Origin: a virus
IMG/VR virus record: IMGVR_UViG_2718218482_000003
Strand: one strand, 5' to 3'
Length of the DNA: 64,000 nucleotides
Within the stretch, counting starts at the first letter, position 1. Every line of letters starts with the position of its first letter. The position numbers were made by a program, and so were the translations under genes. Shown here piece after piece: positions 9,725 through 20,479 of this stretch. The notes beneath the pieces were generated by a model that did not search any database, was not told where the DNA came from, and saw only the letters and a list, made by a program, of their open reading frames with translations.

Positions 9725-12700
9725 ATGGCTACTCCTTCAAAGGAAACAGTAATAAAGTTTAGAGCTGATACAGCGGATTATAAAAAGAATTTGAATGATA
9801 TAAACCGCGAAAATAGAGCCTTGAATCAAGAATTAAAGTTAACACAAACACAAATGAAGTTGACTGAATCAGAAGTCGATAAACACACAGCTTCTCTATC
9901 CACACTTGAGAAACAATACGAACTAGCTAAAAGGAAGACACAAGAAACAGCCCAACAATTACAAAGAGCAAAGCAAGTGTGGGGAGAAAACTCTACAGAG
10001 GTAAAAAAGCTTGAAGAAGCGATGAGAAAAGCTCAAATTGCTGAAGCTGAAATGTCAAATAAGATTCAATTGACGACACAAGCATTAGATCGTGCGCGGC
10101 AAGCTGAATCAGAAAGAAATAGTGAAGTAGGTAAGTCAAAACAGAAATTAAACGAATTGCAACAAACTGAAGCGAAATTAGTGACAGAAAGCAATAAATT
10201 AAAATCATCTTTAGAACAAGAACGAGTTGCTTTAGGTGATAGCTTATCGGCTTCAGAAAAACTACAAATGCAACAAAGACATTTGGGTGAACGATTAGAA
10301 TTAAGCGCACGTTCAGTTAAAAATCTAGAACAACAACTAGAAGCCGCTAAAAGTGCATACGGCACAAATTCTGCTGAAGTTAACAAATTAGAAACAAAGT
10401 TAAATGAAGCTAGAACTGCCGAAATGCGATTAAAAAATGAAGTTGAACAAACAAGTACATCTTTAAGAGAACAAGCAAACGTTGCTGAACGAACAGGTAG
10501 TAAATTAAAAGAAGTTGGCGATAAGACGAAGGAAATCGGTTCTAACCTAGCCAGCACTGTTACACCTGCTTTAGTTGGTGTCATGGGTGTTACTGGTAAG
10601 TGGGCTAATGATTTCGATACTTCACAAAAACAAATTCAATCATCTTTAGGCTTAACAGCTAAAGGTGCTGAGAATGTGGGTAAAGTAGCTGAAGAAGTAT
10701 TTATACATGGTTGGGGTGATCATTTACGCCAGGTAGATGATGCTGTGATGCGAGTGTGGCAAAACATGAAGCAAGTGCCGCTTGAAGATTTACAAAGCGT
10801 TACAGAGGGCGTTATGGCATTATCAGAAACTTTTGATGTAGATTTAAACGAAACAACTCGAGGCGCTTCAGCTCTCATGACGCAATATGGAGTTAGTGGG
10901 GATAAAGCTTTAGATATCATAACGGCTGGTTTACAAGCTGGTTTGGATGTATCGGGAGAATTTACGGACAACTTAGCTGAATATACACCATTATTCAAAC
11001 AAGCCGGTTTCACTTCTGGCGAAATGTTATCTATTTTAAAAAATGGATTAGATGCAGGTGCTTACAATCTAGATTATGTCAATGATTTAGTGAAAGAATT
11101 CGGTATCCGTGTGCAAGATGGTTCTAAAGGTGTATCCGATGCGATGGGACAAATGTCAAAAGGAACACAAAATCTTTGGAAAGAGTTTGAAGCTGGAAAG
11201 CGTCCTGCTGCTGACGTATTCAAAGCTGTTATCGGTGAACTAAAAGGAATGGACGATCAAGTGAAAGCTACACAACTTGGTGTTTCTATATTCGGCGTAA
11301 AATTTGAAGATTTAGGAAACAAAGTTGTTTACAGTTTAACAGATACAAATGACGAATTAGAACGAACAGACGGAAAAATGAAAGACCTTGTCATGACGCA
11401 AGAGGAAGCATTCGGAAAGAAAGCACTATCCCTTTACCGTGAAATGCAAAAAGCGTTGGAACCTTTAGGGGAAGTTTTCTTGGATGTAGCGGAACAAGTT
11501 TTGCCGATTGTAAAATCAGCTGTCGAAGCTTTATCTAACGCTTTCTCTGGACTTTCTCCTGAAGCTAAAAAAACGATAGCCATAATTGGAAGCTTAGCTG
11601 TGGTCTTAGGTCCAATACTCATGATTTTGGGGCCGATCATAACGACTATAGGAGGACTTGTGACGTCTTTAGGAGGTTTAGGTACAGCGTTAGGTTTGAC
11701 AACAGCAGGCGTCGGGGCGGCAGGAATTGCTACAGGAGGTCTAGGAGCGGCGTTAGGAACTGCAGCTTTAGCAATCGCTCCGTGGTTAGCGGGAGCAGCA
11801 GCGATTGGTGCGGCGGGGTACGGTATATACAAAGCTTTAAACGAAGATGCTATACCGGCTGTAGATTTATGTAAGGATCGTGTAAATATAGCTGCCGATG
11901 GGACAGTACAAAGTGTGGATAAAATATCCCAGAGTACGAAGAAAGTCGTTGGTTCTTATATGGAAATGTCTCAACAAGCCGGTACTGTCGCTATGGAAAT
12001 GTTCGCACAACAACAAGTGATTACGGATGAGAATCTTCCTCCTATTATTCAAAAATATGAGGATATGAAAAATCAAGTTGTTAGTAAATTCGAAGAAAAG
12101 AAGAACGCTGAAATTCAAAAAACACAAGAAGCTTTCACGGGAATGAAAACAATAACTGCGGAAGAACAAGCTCATATATCAAAGATGTATACAGATCATT
12201 ACGAAATGGAAAAAGCAAAAACGCAAGCTGCTAATGATAAAATCGTCGAAATTTGGAATACAGCGAAAGAAGAAAAACGTGCTTTGACAGCTGACGAAAA
12301 CAAACAAATCCAAGGATTACGCGAAGTCGCTGACCAACAAGCTATTTCGGCGCTAACGAAAAACAAAACGGAACAAGAAGTTATTATGAATAACTTAAAA
12401 AATAGCAAAGAAAGAGTTACTGCTGAAATGCTGAGTGACGCTGTTACAAAAATGGAAAAAGAAAAGAATGAAGTGATTGATAAAGCAAAAAAAACTCGCG
12501 ATGACAGAGTCCGAGCGGCTGAAGAAATGAAACGAGAATTAGGAAGCGCCGCCGAAGGAACAGCGAACAAAATGATTGACGAAGCGAACAAAGAATATAG
12601 AGAAGTGAAAAGCAAAGCCGAAGCGACAAAAAGAGAAGGTATAGATACATTAAAAAATTCTTATCAAGACTTAGAAGATCAAGTGGATACGAGTTCAGGA

Positions 12701-13144
12701 AACATTCTTAGCGCTTGGGATAAAGTGAAAAGATGGTGGAATAGTTGGAGTATCCTTCCGAAAACGATGACAGTAGAGAAAAAAGAAGTTGGACCTGCGA
12801 GTTTCGGGATAGGTACAGCTTCTTCGCGTAGTTTAGCCGCACCGCGATCTTTAGTCCCAGAAACCGTGAGTAGTTTTGGTATGTTTGCTAGGGAAGATAG
12901 CAGCCCTTTGTATAGTCCTGGGATACTGCAAGGTCTTCCTGAACTAGCAGGAACAACTCTTTCGACACATTATGTAAGAGAGAAAGAACAGAAACCTCAA
13001 CCACAGCCACAACAAATCACAAATGAAGTTACTTTCCACACGACTGTTCGAAATGAAAGTGATTTAAATAAGATGTTCGAAAAAGCGGATGATTGGTTTG
13101 CACAAAAAGGACGTAACTTACATATTGGAATAGGGAGGAATTGA
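9725..13144 (+). CDS. Tape measure protein
   Basis: 1139 aa, coiled-coil N-terminus, central YNLDYVNDLVKEFGIRVQDGS block, hydrophobic Gly/Ala stretch. Confidence 0.95.
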   Translation: MATPSKETVIKFRADTADYKKNLNDINRENRALNQELKLTQTQMKLTESEVDKHTASLSTLEKQYELAKRKTQETAQQLQRAKQVWGENSTEVKKLEEAMRKAQIAEAEMSNKIQLTTQALDRARQAESERNSEVGKSKQKLNELQQTEAKLVTESNKLKSSLEQERVALGDSLSASEKLQMQQRHLGERLELSARSVKNLEQQLEAAKSAYGTNSAEVNKLETKLNEARTAEMRLKNEVEQTSTSLREQANVAERTGSKLKEVGDKTKEIGSNLASTVTPALVGVMGVTGKWANDFDTSQKQIQSSLGLTAKGAENVGKVAEEVFIHGWGDHLRQVDDAVMRVWQNMKQVPLEDLQSVTEGVMALSETFDVDLNETTRGASALMTQYGVSGDKALDIITAGLQAGLDVSGEFTDNLAEYTPLFKQAGFTSGEMLSILKNGLDAGAYNLDYVNDLVKEFGIRVQDGSKGVSDAMGQMSKGTQNLWKEFEAGKRPAADVFKAVIGELKGMDDQVKATQLGVSIFGVKFEDLGNKVVYSLTDTNDELERTDGKMKDLVMTQEEAFGKKALSLYREMQKALEPLGEVFLDVAEQVLPIVKSAVEALSNAFSGLSPEAKKTIAIIGSLAVVLGPILMILGPIITTIGGLVTSLGGLGTALGLTTAGVGAAGIATGGLGAALGTAALAIAPWLAGAAAIGAAGYGIYKALNEDAIPAVDLCKDRVNIAADGTVQSVDKISQSTKKVVGSYMEMSQQAGTVAMEMFAQQQVITDENLPPIIQKYEDMKNQVVSKFEEKKNAEIQKTQEAFTGMKTITAEEQAHISKMYTDHYEMEKAKTQAANDKIVEIWNTAKEEKRALTADENKQIQGLREVADQQAISALTKNKTEQEVIMNNLKNSKERVTAEMLSDAVTKMEKEKNEVIDKAKKTRDDRVRAAEEMKRELGSAAEGTANKMIDEANKEYREVKSKAEATKREGIDTLKNSYQDLEDQVDTSSGNILSAWDKVKRWWNSWSILPKTMTVEKKEVGPASFGIGTASSRSLAAPRSLVPETVSSFGMFAREDSSPLYSPGILQGLPELAGTTLSTHYVREKEQKPQPQPQQITNEVTFHTTVRNESDLNKMFEKADDWFAQKGRNLHIGIGRN

Positions 13145-13145
13145 T

Positions 13146-13829
13146 TTGCTGGATATTGGAATTGATACGGAATTAGCGAGTGATTACCGAATATATATGG
13201 TAGATCGTCCTGTTATTCCAACTGCAAAACAAAAAGTGGAACACATAGAAGTACCAGGGCGGCATGGTTCGTTAACAAAAAAGGGGGCGTTTGAAGACGC
13301 CCCTTTAAAAATGAAGTTTAATTTACTAGAAGATGAAAATATAAAACCTTTAATCCGCCGCATCAAGGCATGGTTTCTAAACGGGAAAACATTGTATTTC
13401 ACTGATGATGAAGTATACCGAAAAATTAAATCTGTTGAAATTGGTGATATTGCAAATGAAATCGAAGAGTACGGAGAGTTTGAAGTGGAATTTACACTGG
13501 ATCCATTTGAATATGTCACAACCGTCCCGCTGGTATTGACAAAACCAGCGAGCATTTTAAATTTTGGAACGGTTGAAGCTTCTCCGAAATTAGAGATTCA
13601 TGGGAATGGGGATGTCAGGATGATGGTGAATGATGTTGCATTCCAAATAAAAGGAGTGAAAAATGCTGTCATCGTGGATTCTGAATTATTAGAAGCGTAT
13701 GCAGGAACGACACCCATGAATCCCAACATGATAGGAGAGTTTCCACTTTTCAAAGTTGGAGAAAATACCCTTACCTGGACGGGCGCAGTGACGAAACTTA
13801 TCATCGAACCGAGATGGTGTTATGTATGA
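13146..13829 (+). CDS. Distal tail protein (Dit)
   Basis: IEVPGRHGSL, FTLDPFEY, GEFPLFKVGEN; follows TMP. Confidence 0.9.
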   Translation: MLDIGIDTELASDYRIYMVDRPVIPTAKQKVEHIEVPGRHGSLTKKGAFEDAPLKMKFNLLEDENIKPLIRRIKAWFLNGKTLYFTDDEVYRKIKSVEIGDIANEIEEYGEFEVEFTLDPFEYVTTVPLVLTKPASILNFGTVEASPKLEIHGNGDVRMMVNDVAFQIKGVKNAVIVDSELLEAYAGTTPMNPNMIGEFPLFKVGENTLTWTGAVTKLIIEPRWCYV

Positions 13830-16165
13830 TTACATTATATAAGCCAAATGAGACGGATTTTACACATAATGGCATAGGAGTTTTGGACAAACATATGTAT
13901 CATGCAGCTGTTGAGGAAGAGCTCAACGGTTTATTTGCATTTACGTTTAGCTATCCGTTGTTTGCTCCACACGGCATAGAAATAGATGGTATGAGCATCA
14001 TTAAAGTTCCAACCCCCGATGGTGAACAGCTATTCCGAGTCGTAACTCCTAAAGTAAGTATGGGTGAGATGACAGCGCAATGTTATCACATTTTTTATGA
14101 CTTAACAGAAAATCTAATTGAAGACATTTTCGCTGAAATAACAAATGGTAATGGGGCTATGAATCGTATGTCAGCAGGGTGCCAATACAAGCATCCTTTT
14201 CAGTTTTATTCAGATGTACTAAAGATAGCCAGTGCACGTATTGTCCGTAAAAATCCTGTGGAAGCATTATTGGATTCTAGTCAAGATAATTCATTTGTTA
14301 ATCGTTGGGGCGGGGAATTAAAACGAGATAATTTTGACGTAAAAATGCTACAAAATCGTGGGATGGATCGCGGGGTAGTGATTCGTCATAAGAAAAATTT
14401 ATTAGGATATGAAGGGAATGTAGATTGGAAAAGCCCAGTCACTAGGATTATGCCGCAGGGATTTGATGGGTTGTTTCTTCCGGAAAAATATGTAGATAGT
14501 CCAAATATGAATAAATACCCGCATCCTAAAATTAGGGTGGTGGAATGTAAAGATATAAAGGCTGCCGTTGGAGAGCACGCAAACAAAGCGGATGCAGTTC
14601 CTTTAGAAGAAGCCTACAGGCGCTTGCGTCAAGCCGCTAAGGACATGTTCACAATCCAAAAAATAGATCAACCAAAAGCTACATACAAAGTGGAATTTCA
14701 AGAACTATCCCAAACAGAAGCATATAAGGATTATAAGCATTTACAAAGTGTGTATATGGCAGATACCGTTACAGTTATACATGAAGAAAATGGGGTTGAT
14801 ATCAAAGCGAAGGTAATCGCTTATAAATATGACCCCATAAAAAAAGAGTATTTGGACATAACGATCGGTAACTTCAAAGAATCCTTTACAGATGTTTCCC
14901 GTAAGGTGGACCTGGTACAAGAAGAAGTATCAAATATGCCAAGTTCTATTTTGGATGCAGCAAAAGCAAATGCTACCAGCCTTATAAATTCAGGGTTTGG
15001 AGGACATGTCCGTATGTATCCGGATCGGATTTTAATGATGGATACGAAAGACGAAAAGAGTGCGAAAAAGGTTTGGCAATGGAACTTGAATGGATTAGGG
15101 TATTCTTCCACAGGTGTGAATGGACCATATGGAACTGCCATTACAAGTGACGGAAGAATTGTTGCGGATTTTATTACAGCTGGGATACTAAGCGGCAATC
15201 TTGTACAAGGCGGGGAAATAACAGGATCGACTTTAAAGACATCTAATTCAGCTAACTTTGTAAATATCTCTAAACAATTCATTCGTCTGTATGAGTCTTC
15301 GAAAGTACGAGCCTTTATTGGCTATTACAAAAATAGTAGAAATGAAATACAGCCCACTTTTATTCTAGGTGGTGACTCAGATCAAACAGGTGCAAATGGC
15401 GCCATCATGTTGTATCAATTCTCCGATGTACATGTTAAGTCTGGTGGAATAGGAATCACAAAGGGACTCGATGACAATGGATACTTGAATGCAGCTTCTT
15501 TATACTTTTCACAAACAGGAAATGCAATGCTTGACGCTGATAAAATGATTGTCTTAGATGCTCAAAGTGAAATGAGGTTTAAAGTCAAAAATCAGTTCCG
15601 CTTTTATCGAAATGATAATTGGATTGCAAGTATTGGGACTTCATCCGGAGGAGATACAGACATGATGCTCCCGAATGCGATGATACGAAATTCGAGTTGG
15701 GAAAATGGCTATCTTCAAATTAAGACAGCGCTGGGGACGTATTATCAGGGTGTCATTGCTTCAGATTTCAAAGTAGCTTCGAAAGTAACGTTTAAAACAA
15801 ACATTAGACCAATTGCAGGTAGCATACTGAACAAGGTAATGGACTGGGAGATTAAACAGTACAATCTGAAAACGGACATTCCAAAACTCTATGAAATGCG
15901 TATGAATCGCAAAGAAGGAGAACCAACAATTACTACAGATGCAATTCCTACGCATTATGGTTTAGTTATTCCAAAAGAAGCAGAAGAAAATGGTGTTAGC
16001 TTATATGGGATGATTTCGCAGACTGTTAAAGCATTTCAGGAGTATGTAACCCAAACAGATGCTAGAATCGAAGAATTAGAGCCGATAAAGCCGAAAGGAA
16101 TAAAACACAGGAACAAAGTAAAACGTCAAAGAAGACCGCCTAGACGCGTGAAAAGGAATAGGTAG
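13826..16165 (+). CDS. Tail-associated endopeptidase/spike (Tal) with C-terminal intramolecular chaperone-like region
   Basis: MITLYKPNETDF start, NSFVNRWGGELKRDNF, C-terminal ASKVTFKTNI...HYGLV...VSLYGM. Confidence 0.88.
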   Translation: MITLYKPNETDFTHNGIGVLDKHMYHAAVEEELNGLFAFTFSYPLFAPHGIEIDGMSIIKVPTPDGEQLFRVVTPKVSMGEMTAQCYHIFYDLTENLIEDIFAEITNGNGAMNRMSAGCQYKHPFQFYSDVLKIASARIVRKNPVEALLDSSQDNSFVNRWGGELKRDNFDVKMLQNRGMDRGVVIRHKKNLLGYEGNVDWKSPVTRIMPQGFDGLFLPEKYVDSPNMNKYPHPKIRVVECKDIKAAVGEHANKADAVPLEEAYRRLRQAAKDMFTIQKIDQPKATYKVEFQELSQTEAYKDYKHLQSVYMADTVTVIHEENGVDIKAKVIAYKYDPIKKEYLDITIGNFKESFTDVSRKVDLVQEEVSNMPSSILDAAKANATSLINSGFGGHVRMYPDRILMMDTKDEKSAKKVWQWNLNGLGYSSTGVNGPYGTAITSDGRIVADFITAGILSGNLVQGGEITGSTLKTSNSANFVNISKQFIRLYESSKVRAFIGYYKNSRNEIQPTFILGGDSDQTGANGAIMLYQFSDVHVKSGGIGITKGLDDNGYLNAASLYFSQTGNAMLDADKMIVLDAQSEMRFKVKNQFRFYRNDNWIASIGTSSGGDTDMMLPNAMIRNSSWENGYLQIKTALGTYYQGVIASDFKVASKVTFKTNIRPIAGSILNKVMDWEIKQYNLKTDIPKLYEMRMNRKEGEPTITTDAIPTHYGLVIPKEAEENGVSLYGMISQTVKAFQEYVTQTDARIEELEPIKPKGIKHRNKVKRQRRPPRRVKRNR

Positions 16166-16179
16166 AGAGAGGTGTAGTC

Positions 16180-17268
16180 ATGCGAAATGAGGAAATGATG
16201 ATAGATGTAGCAGATCCTGTGTTTACAAAAATAATTCGTTCCAGACAAAATGATAAAAACGGATTGAAGATGACTGTATATGTAAAGGAAAAAGGGCAAA
16301 TTATTGATTTAACAGGGTATGCAGTGAAGTACGAAGCGATGAATCAAGTCGGACTGTTCGTTCGGGATGATGCCCAAATAGTTGATGCAAAGAATGGCGT
16401 ATTTTCCTATACATTGTCCTCGCAAGCTGTTTCCACATCGGATGATTGGACAGCTTATTTTGTGATGGAAAAAAGTACAGAACGAATGAGTACACCAGAC
16501 ATTCGGATTATAGTAAGACGGGATGTAAAAGAAGGAAACATTAAAATAGAAAACTATATTTCAGAGTTCGATGGGGCGATGGAACGGGTAAAAGGATATC
16601 GAAAAGAAATCGATGAAGCGAATCAGAAGATTGCAGCACTTACGCCTTATATTCAAACGAAGGTGGAGGAAACAGATACGAAATGCAAAGGGGTAACAGA
16701 ACGGATTCAGACGCGTGTAGATAGCGTTAGCAAACAAATAGATGCGATGGAGATTGTGAAGAAAGCGGGCGATACCATAACAGGGTTGCTGGAATATAAG
16801 AGCGATCATGCCTTTGTATTAGGAAGTCGCTCTTACAAGACAGTCATTCACAAAGGGGCGCAGGGAGAAGTGATTTTCGCCCCGTCTACAAAAGAACAAG
16901 GGGATACTTGGGATTGGAATAAAGCTGTTAAAATTATGCCAGATGGAATAATCAAACAAGCAACAGATACAGGATGGATTAACCTTCCTACAACTGGGGT
17001 AGAGAATGTTCCTGATAGAATTTTGAAGTACAAAAGAAGTGGGGAACAGATTAGTGTAATTGGTTCAGTTCGAAATCCTCAAAATGAGGCAGTATTCGCT
17101 ACACTATCAGTTGGATTTAGACCCGTACAGCACATTGCTTTTCCAGCACTGGCATATGGATATACACCCGCAGCTTGTGAAGTGACAATAAAACCGGATG
17201 GGGGGATTTTCGTGAATGGTGTTCCGAGCGGGAGTACTGTTCATATTGCAATGAATTTTTTAATTTAG
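16180..17268 (+). CDS. BppU-like baseplate upper / receptor-binding protein
   Basis: SRQNDKNGLKMTVYV...AKNGVFSYTL N-terminus; C-terminal KYKRSGEQISVIG...LSVGFRP head domain. Confidence 0.8.
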   Translation: MRNEEMMIDVADPVFTKIIRSRQNDKNGLKMTVYVKEKGQIIDLTGYAVKYEAMNQVGLFVRDDAQIVDAKNGVFSYTLSSQAVSTSDDWTAYFVMEKSTERMSTPDIRIIVRRDVKEGNIKIENYISEFDGAMERVKGYRKEIDEANQKIAALTPYIQTKVEETDTKCKGVTERIQTRVDSVSKQIDAMEIVKKAGDTITGLLEYKSDHAFVLGSRSYKTVIHKGAQGEVIFAPSTKEQGDTWDWNKAVKIMPDGIIKQATDTGWINLPTTGVENVPDRILKYKRSGEQISVIGSVRNPQNEAVFATLSVGFRPVQHIAFPALAYGYTPAACEVTIKPDGGIFVNGVPSGSTVHIAMNFLI

Positions 17269-17388
17269 ATATTACAAGTCAAGCGTGCATAAGCAGGCTT
17301 TTTTCAATTGTATACAATTAGGTTTTGCTAAACAAAAGGGAGACAAATACTGTCTCTCTTTTTTGCTATAGATGAGGAGGGAAAATGG

Positions 17389-17670
17389 ATGACAATCGAA
17401 CTAGGCGAACTGATTGCACTCCTATCACTTGCCATTAGTTATTTCGGCTATGCACTAAATAAGTCTAAATCCATCAAAGCAGATGGACAACAAAGTGCCG
17501 AGGTCAAAGCAGAACTTGGTTATATTCGAAAAGGTGTGGATGATATCCGGATTGATTTGAAAGCAAGTGAAAAACAAATGGTTGCACTGGGGGAACGTGT
17601 GACAAGAGTAGAAGAAAGCACCAAGCAAGCGCATAAGCGACTTGATACAATCGAAAAGGAGACGGATTAG
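17389..17670 (+). CDS. Holin-like/XhlA-like membrane protein
   Basis: One N-terminal TM then coiled coil ERVTRVEESTKQAHKRLD. Confidence 0.7.
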   Translation: MTIELGELIALLSLAISYFGYALNKSKSIKADGQQSAEVKAELGYIRKGVDDIRIDLKASEKQMVALGERVTRVEESTKQAHKRLDTIEKETD

Positions 17671-17672
17671 AC

Positions 17673-17876
17673 ATGACAAAAGAAAACATCCAAAAGAGAT
17701 TACGTAACTGGAAAACATGGGTGGCACTCGCGTCCCTTTTGGGGTTCATTTGTGCGAAGGCTGGGTTACTGGAGACGAAGAGTTTTATTGATGAAGTACT
17801 ACCTTATATTTTCACATTGGGTGTCGCCTTAGGCGTATGGAGTGACCATGAAGGAACGGCACAAACAGATAAATAA
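17673..17876 (+). CDS. Holin
   Basis: Two TM helices, RLRNWKTWVAL, directly before endolysin. Confidence 0.8.
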   Translation: MTKENIQKRLRNWKTWVALASLLGFICAKAGLLETKSFIDEVLPYIFTLGVALGVWSDHEGTAQTDK

Positions 17877-17886
17877 AAAACAAAGA

Positions 17887-17918
17887 GAACGCATCGCCAA
17901 TCGGTGGTGCGTTTTTCT
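17887..17918 (+). terminator. Terminator-like hairpin between holin and endolysin
   Basis: AACGCATCGCC/GGTGGTGCGTT stem followed by TTTCT. Confidence 0.5.
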
Positions 17919-17936
17919 ATGGGAGGAGAAACAAAC

Positions 17937-18971
17937 ATGAAACGATTACTAGGGATAATTGCAACATTATGTATGATATTTTCACCTTCTACAAGTGTTT
18001 TTGCGGACAGAGTACTGCTGATACCTGATTTACCAAAACAACCCTACCGAAACGGTGTAGGTGCTTATGAAGGAGTGGTTGCCCACAGCACCGCAACACC
18101 GGAAGCACCGGCCATTAATATTCAACGTTATGAGACACGTACCTGGAGAAATGCATTTGTTCACTATGCAGTCGATTGGAATGAAACGATCCAAATTGCC
18201 GATACGAAGTACATTGCGTATGGTGCAGGACCGGCAGCAAATAAACGATTTGTACATGTAGAGTTATGTGAAACAGCCGATTACGCTAAGTTTAAAGGGA
18301 GTTATGAAAAATATGTGGGATTAATTGCTAGTATTCTAAAGAAGAATAATTTATCTGTAAAAAAAGGCTTATGGACACATAACGACGTGAGAAAGTATCT
18401 CGGCGGTACAGATCATGAAGACCCGATTGATTATTTACGTAGCCATGGTGTATCAGAATCTCAGTTTAGAAGTGATGTGCAGCGGGCGTATAACAAAGGT
18501 GAAATGGTGGAAAAAGCAGGTAAAAGTAGTTCCGTCGTTCACACACAAGGAATTGCATACATTCTTGGAAACAATGTAAACCTACGTAAAGGACCGGGAA
18601 CACATTATGGTGTGATTCGTCAGTTAAACAAACCAGAATCTTATATGGTATGGGCTGAAAAGGATGGATGGTTAAATCTTGGTGGAGAGCAGTGGATTAA
18701 GAATGATTCATCTTATGTGGAGTTTGAAAAGAAAAGCAAAGTGGAGTCATCTATTGTAGGGAAGCGTGTTGTTTCGAAAGTTGATAGCCTTCGGTTCTAT
18801 GACTCGCCTTCATGGCAGGATAGTGTTGTAGCGGGTATGTTGGATGCAGGAGAAGGATTTATAATTGATGAAAAGGTAAGAGTGGGTGGCTCTCCACAAT
18901 TTAAAGTGCATAATTCGAAAGGGCGCATATACTATATAACAGCAAATAAAGGCTATGTATATTGGAAGTGA
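17937..18971 (+). CDS. N-acetylmuramoyl-L-alanine amidase endolysin (Amidase_2 plus SH3-type binding domains) with signal peptide-like N-terminus
   Basis: VAHSTAT, AFVHYAVD, THNDV...TDHEDP; GNNVNLRKGPGT; N-terminus MKRLLGIIATLCMIFSPSTSVFAD. Confidence 0.9.
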   Translation: MKRLLGIIATLCMIFSPSTSVFADRVLLIPDLPKQPYRNGVGAYEGVVAHSTATPEAPAINIQRYETRTWRNAFVHYAVDWNETIQIADTKYIAYGAGPAANKRFVHVELCETADYAKFKGSYEKYVGLIASILKKNNLSVKKGLWTHNDVRKYLGGTDHEDPIDYLRSHGVSESQFRSDVQRAYNKGEMVEKAGKSSSVVHTQGIAYILGNNVNLRKGPGTHYGVIRQLNKPESYMVWAEKDGWLNLGGEQWIKNDSSYVEFEKKSKVESSIVGKRVVSKVDSLRFYDSPSWQDSVVAGMLDAGEGFIIDEKVRVGGSPQFKVHNSKGRIYYITANKGYVYWK

Positions 18972-19156
18972 AAAATGAATACAAAAGGCATAGGTGTGGG
19001 TGGATTCCTATGCTTCTTGTTTTCTAAAAGGGAAGGTTGTTTATCAGGTAGAATCATGGTTCCCATTCCGCCTGCTTTTTAGAGAGGATGGGGTTGATCC
19101 CAGGACAATCGCATGAAAAATATAGTCTTATTTCAAGTAGATATACGCGCTAATTT

Positions 19157-19406
19157 TTACATGTTTAGTATAGATGGTAAAAATTTGTGAAGTGCCATAG
19201 ACAATAAAACTCGTTTTTGCTGCATACTTGTTACTTTCTTACGAGCAATTGGTGTCCATTTTTTCAAAATGGCTAAAGCGATTTTTCTCAATACATTTAA
19301 GTTCATTGCTGCCGTTTTGTTCAGCACTTTATGACTATCTTTTTTAAAAAGTACATCCAAATACCAATGCATCACCTCTATATCCCAGTGCCCTCGTACA
19401 GCCTTA
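19157..19406 (-). pseudogene. ISAs1 transposase C-terminal fragment
   Basis: VRGHWDIEVMHWYLDVLFKKD...NLNVLRKIAL. Confidence 0.85.
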
Positions 19407-20254
19407 GAACCTGTCTAAAATCTTTTTAATAAAATCGTCACAGCGGCCAATAAGCAACTTTGTCTGCTATTTTCAAGCGTTCGTTCACAATTTTTCCCAA
19501 GTCTGCGGTAATTTTCTAACCAAGCAAAAGTTCGTTCCACAATCCAGCGTTTCGGTAACACAACAAACTTGTGAAGTTCAGAGCGTTTGATGATTTCAAC
19601 TGAACAATCAATCGTTTCTTTTATCGATTGTGCAAATGATGGGCCCGTGTATCCACCATCACAAAGTATATTTGTCACTTTGTCCAATCCTTTCTTATGC
19701 CTTTCACACATTTGGATAGCACCTTCTCGATCTGTTATATTCGCAGTTGTCACTTCAATCGCATGAATGAGACCATTGGTGTCTACAGCGATATGGCGTT
19801 TGATTCCTGACACTTTCTTTCCGGCATCGTAACCCTTTTCCTCAGCTATCCATGTGTTTTTTACGCTTTGTGCATCTACGATGCAGAAACTCGTCTGCTT
19901 TTTACGCCCCTCTTGCTCACGATAAGTTTCGACCAATTTTTTTATGCACCTTTTCGAGAAGACTTATGCCATTCTCGTCTACTTTTCGCCAAATCTGATA
20001 GTAGAAATAGACTGTTTTCCAGTTCGGAAAATCACTTGGCAGATTACGCCATTGACAGCCTGTGGTAAGCAAATATAGTACACCGCAGAATACCTCGTAC
20101 AAATCAACTGTGCGTGGACGTGTCGTTTTTCGAACACTTTCTAAATCTTCACGAATCAGTTCAAACTGTTTACGGGTAATATGACTTGTATAATCATGTA
20201 TCATAGGAAACATCCTTTTTTGTACAGATTATATCATAGATTCCAGACGGGTTC
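19407..20254 (-). mobile_element. IS5-family element copy A (848 bp; OrfA 19917-20213, OrfB to 19415, A7 slippery run 19937-19943)
   Basis: Ends GAACCTGTCT/AGACGGGTTC; TGCQWRNLP, CIVDAQS, KRWIVERTFAW motifs; flanks TTA and TAA do not match. Confidence 0.92.
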
Positions 20255-20479
20255 TAAGACACGACCAATCGTATCATGAGAAGGCACACCATTTGGAAAA
20301 GAAAGATATTTTGCTAATGTCTCTGCATGGCATTCACCAAAAAATTCGATATCGACCAGTGTGTCCGCACCCGCAAGGGTGGCAATCAGGACAAGTCCAA
20401 TTACATCCTGTAACGTATGCTTTACTTTATGTTGTTGTCTCGGGTCTTCAATTTGAATTGTCTCCATAAAATGTTTCAT
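20255..20479 (-). pseudogene. ISAs1 transposase N-terminal fragment
   Basis: IEDPRQQHKVKHTLQDVI...GVPSHDTIGRVL, cut by IS5. Confidence 0.88.

Noticed and set aside
16095-16165. Arg/Lys-rich tail of Tal as a special targeting signal
   Set aside because: It follows the chaperone-like region that is normally cleaved off and overlaps an A/G-rich intergenic transition; no evidence for a separate function.
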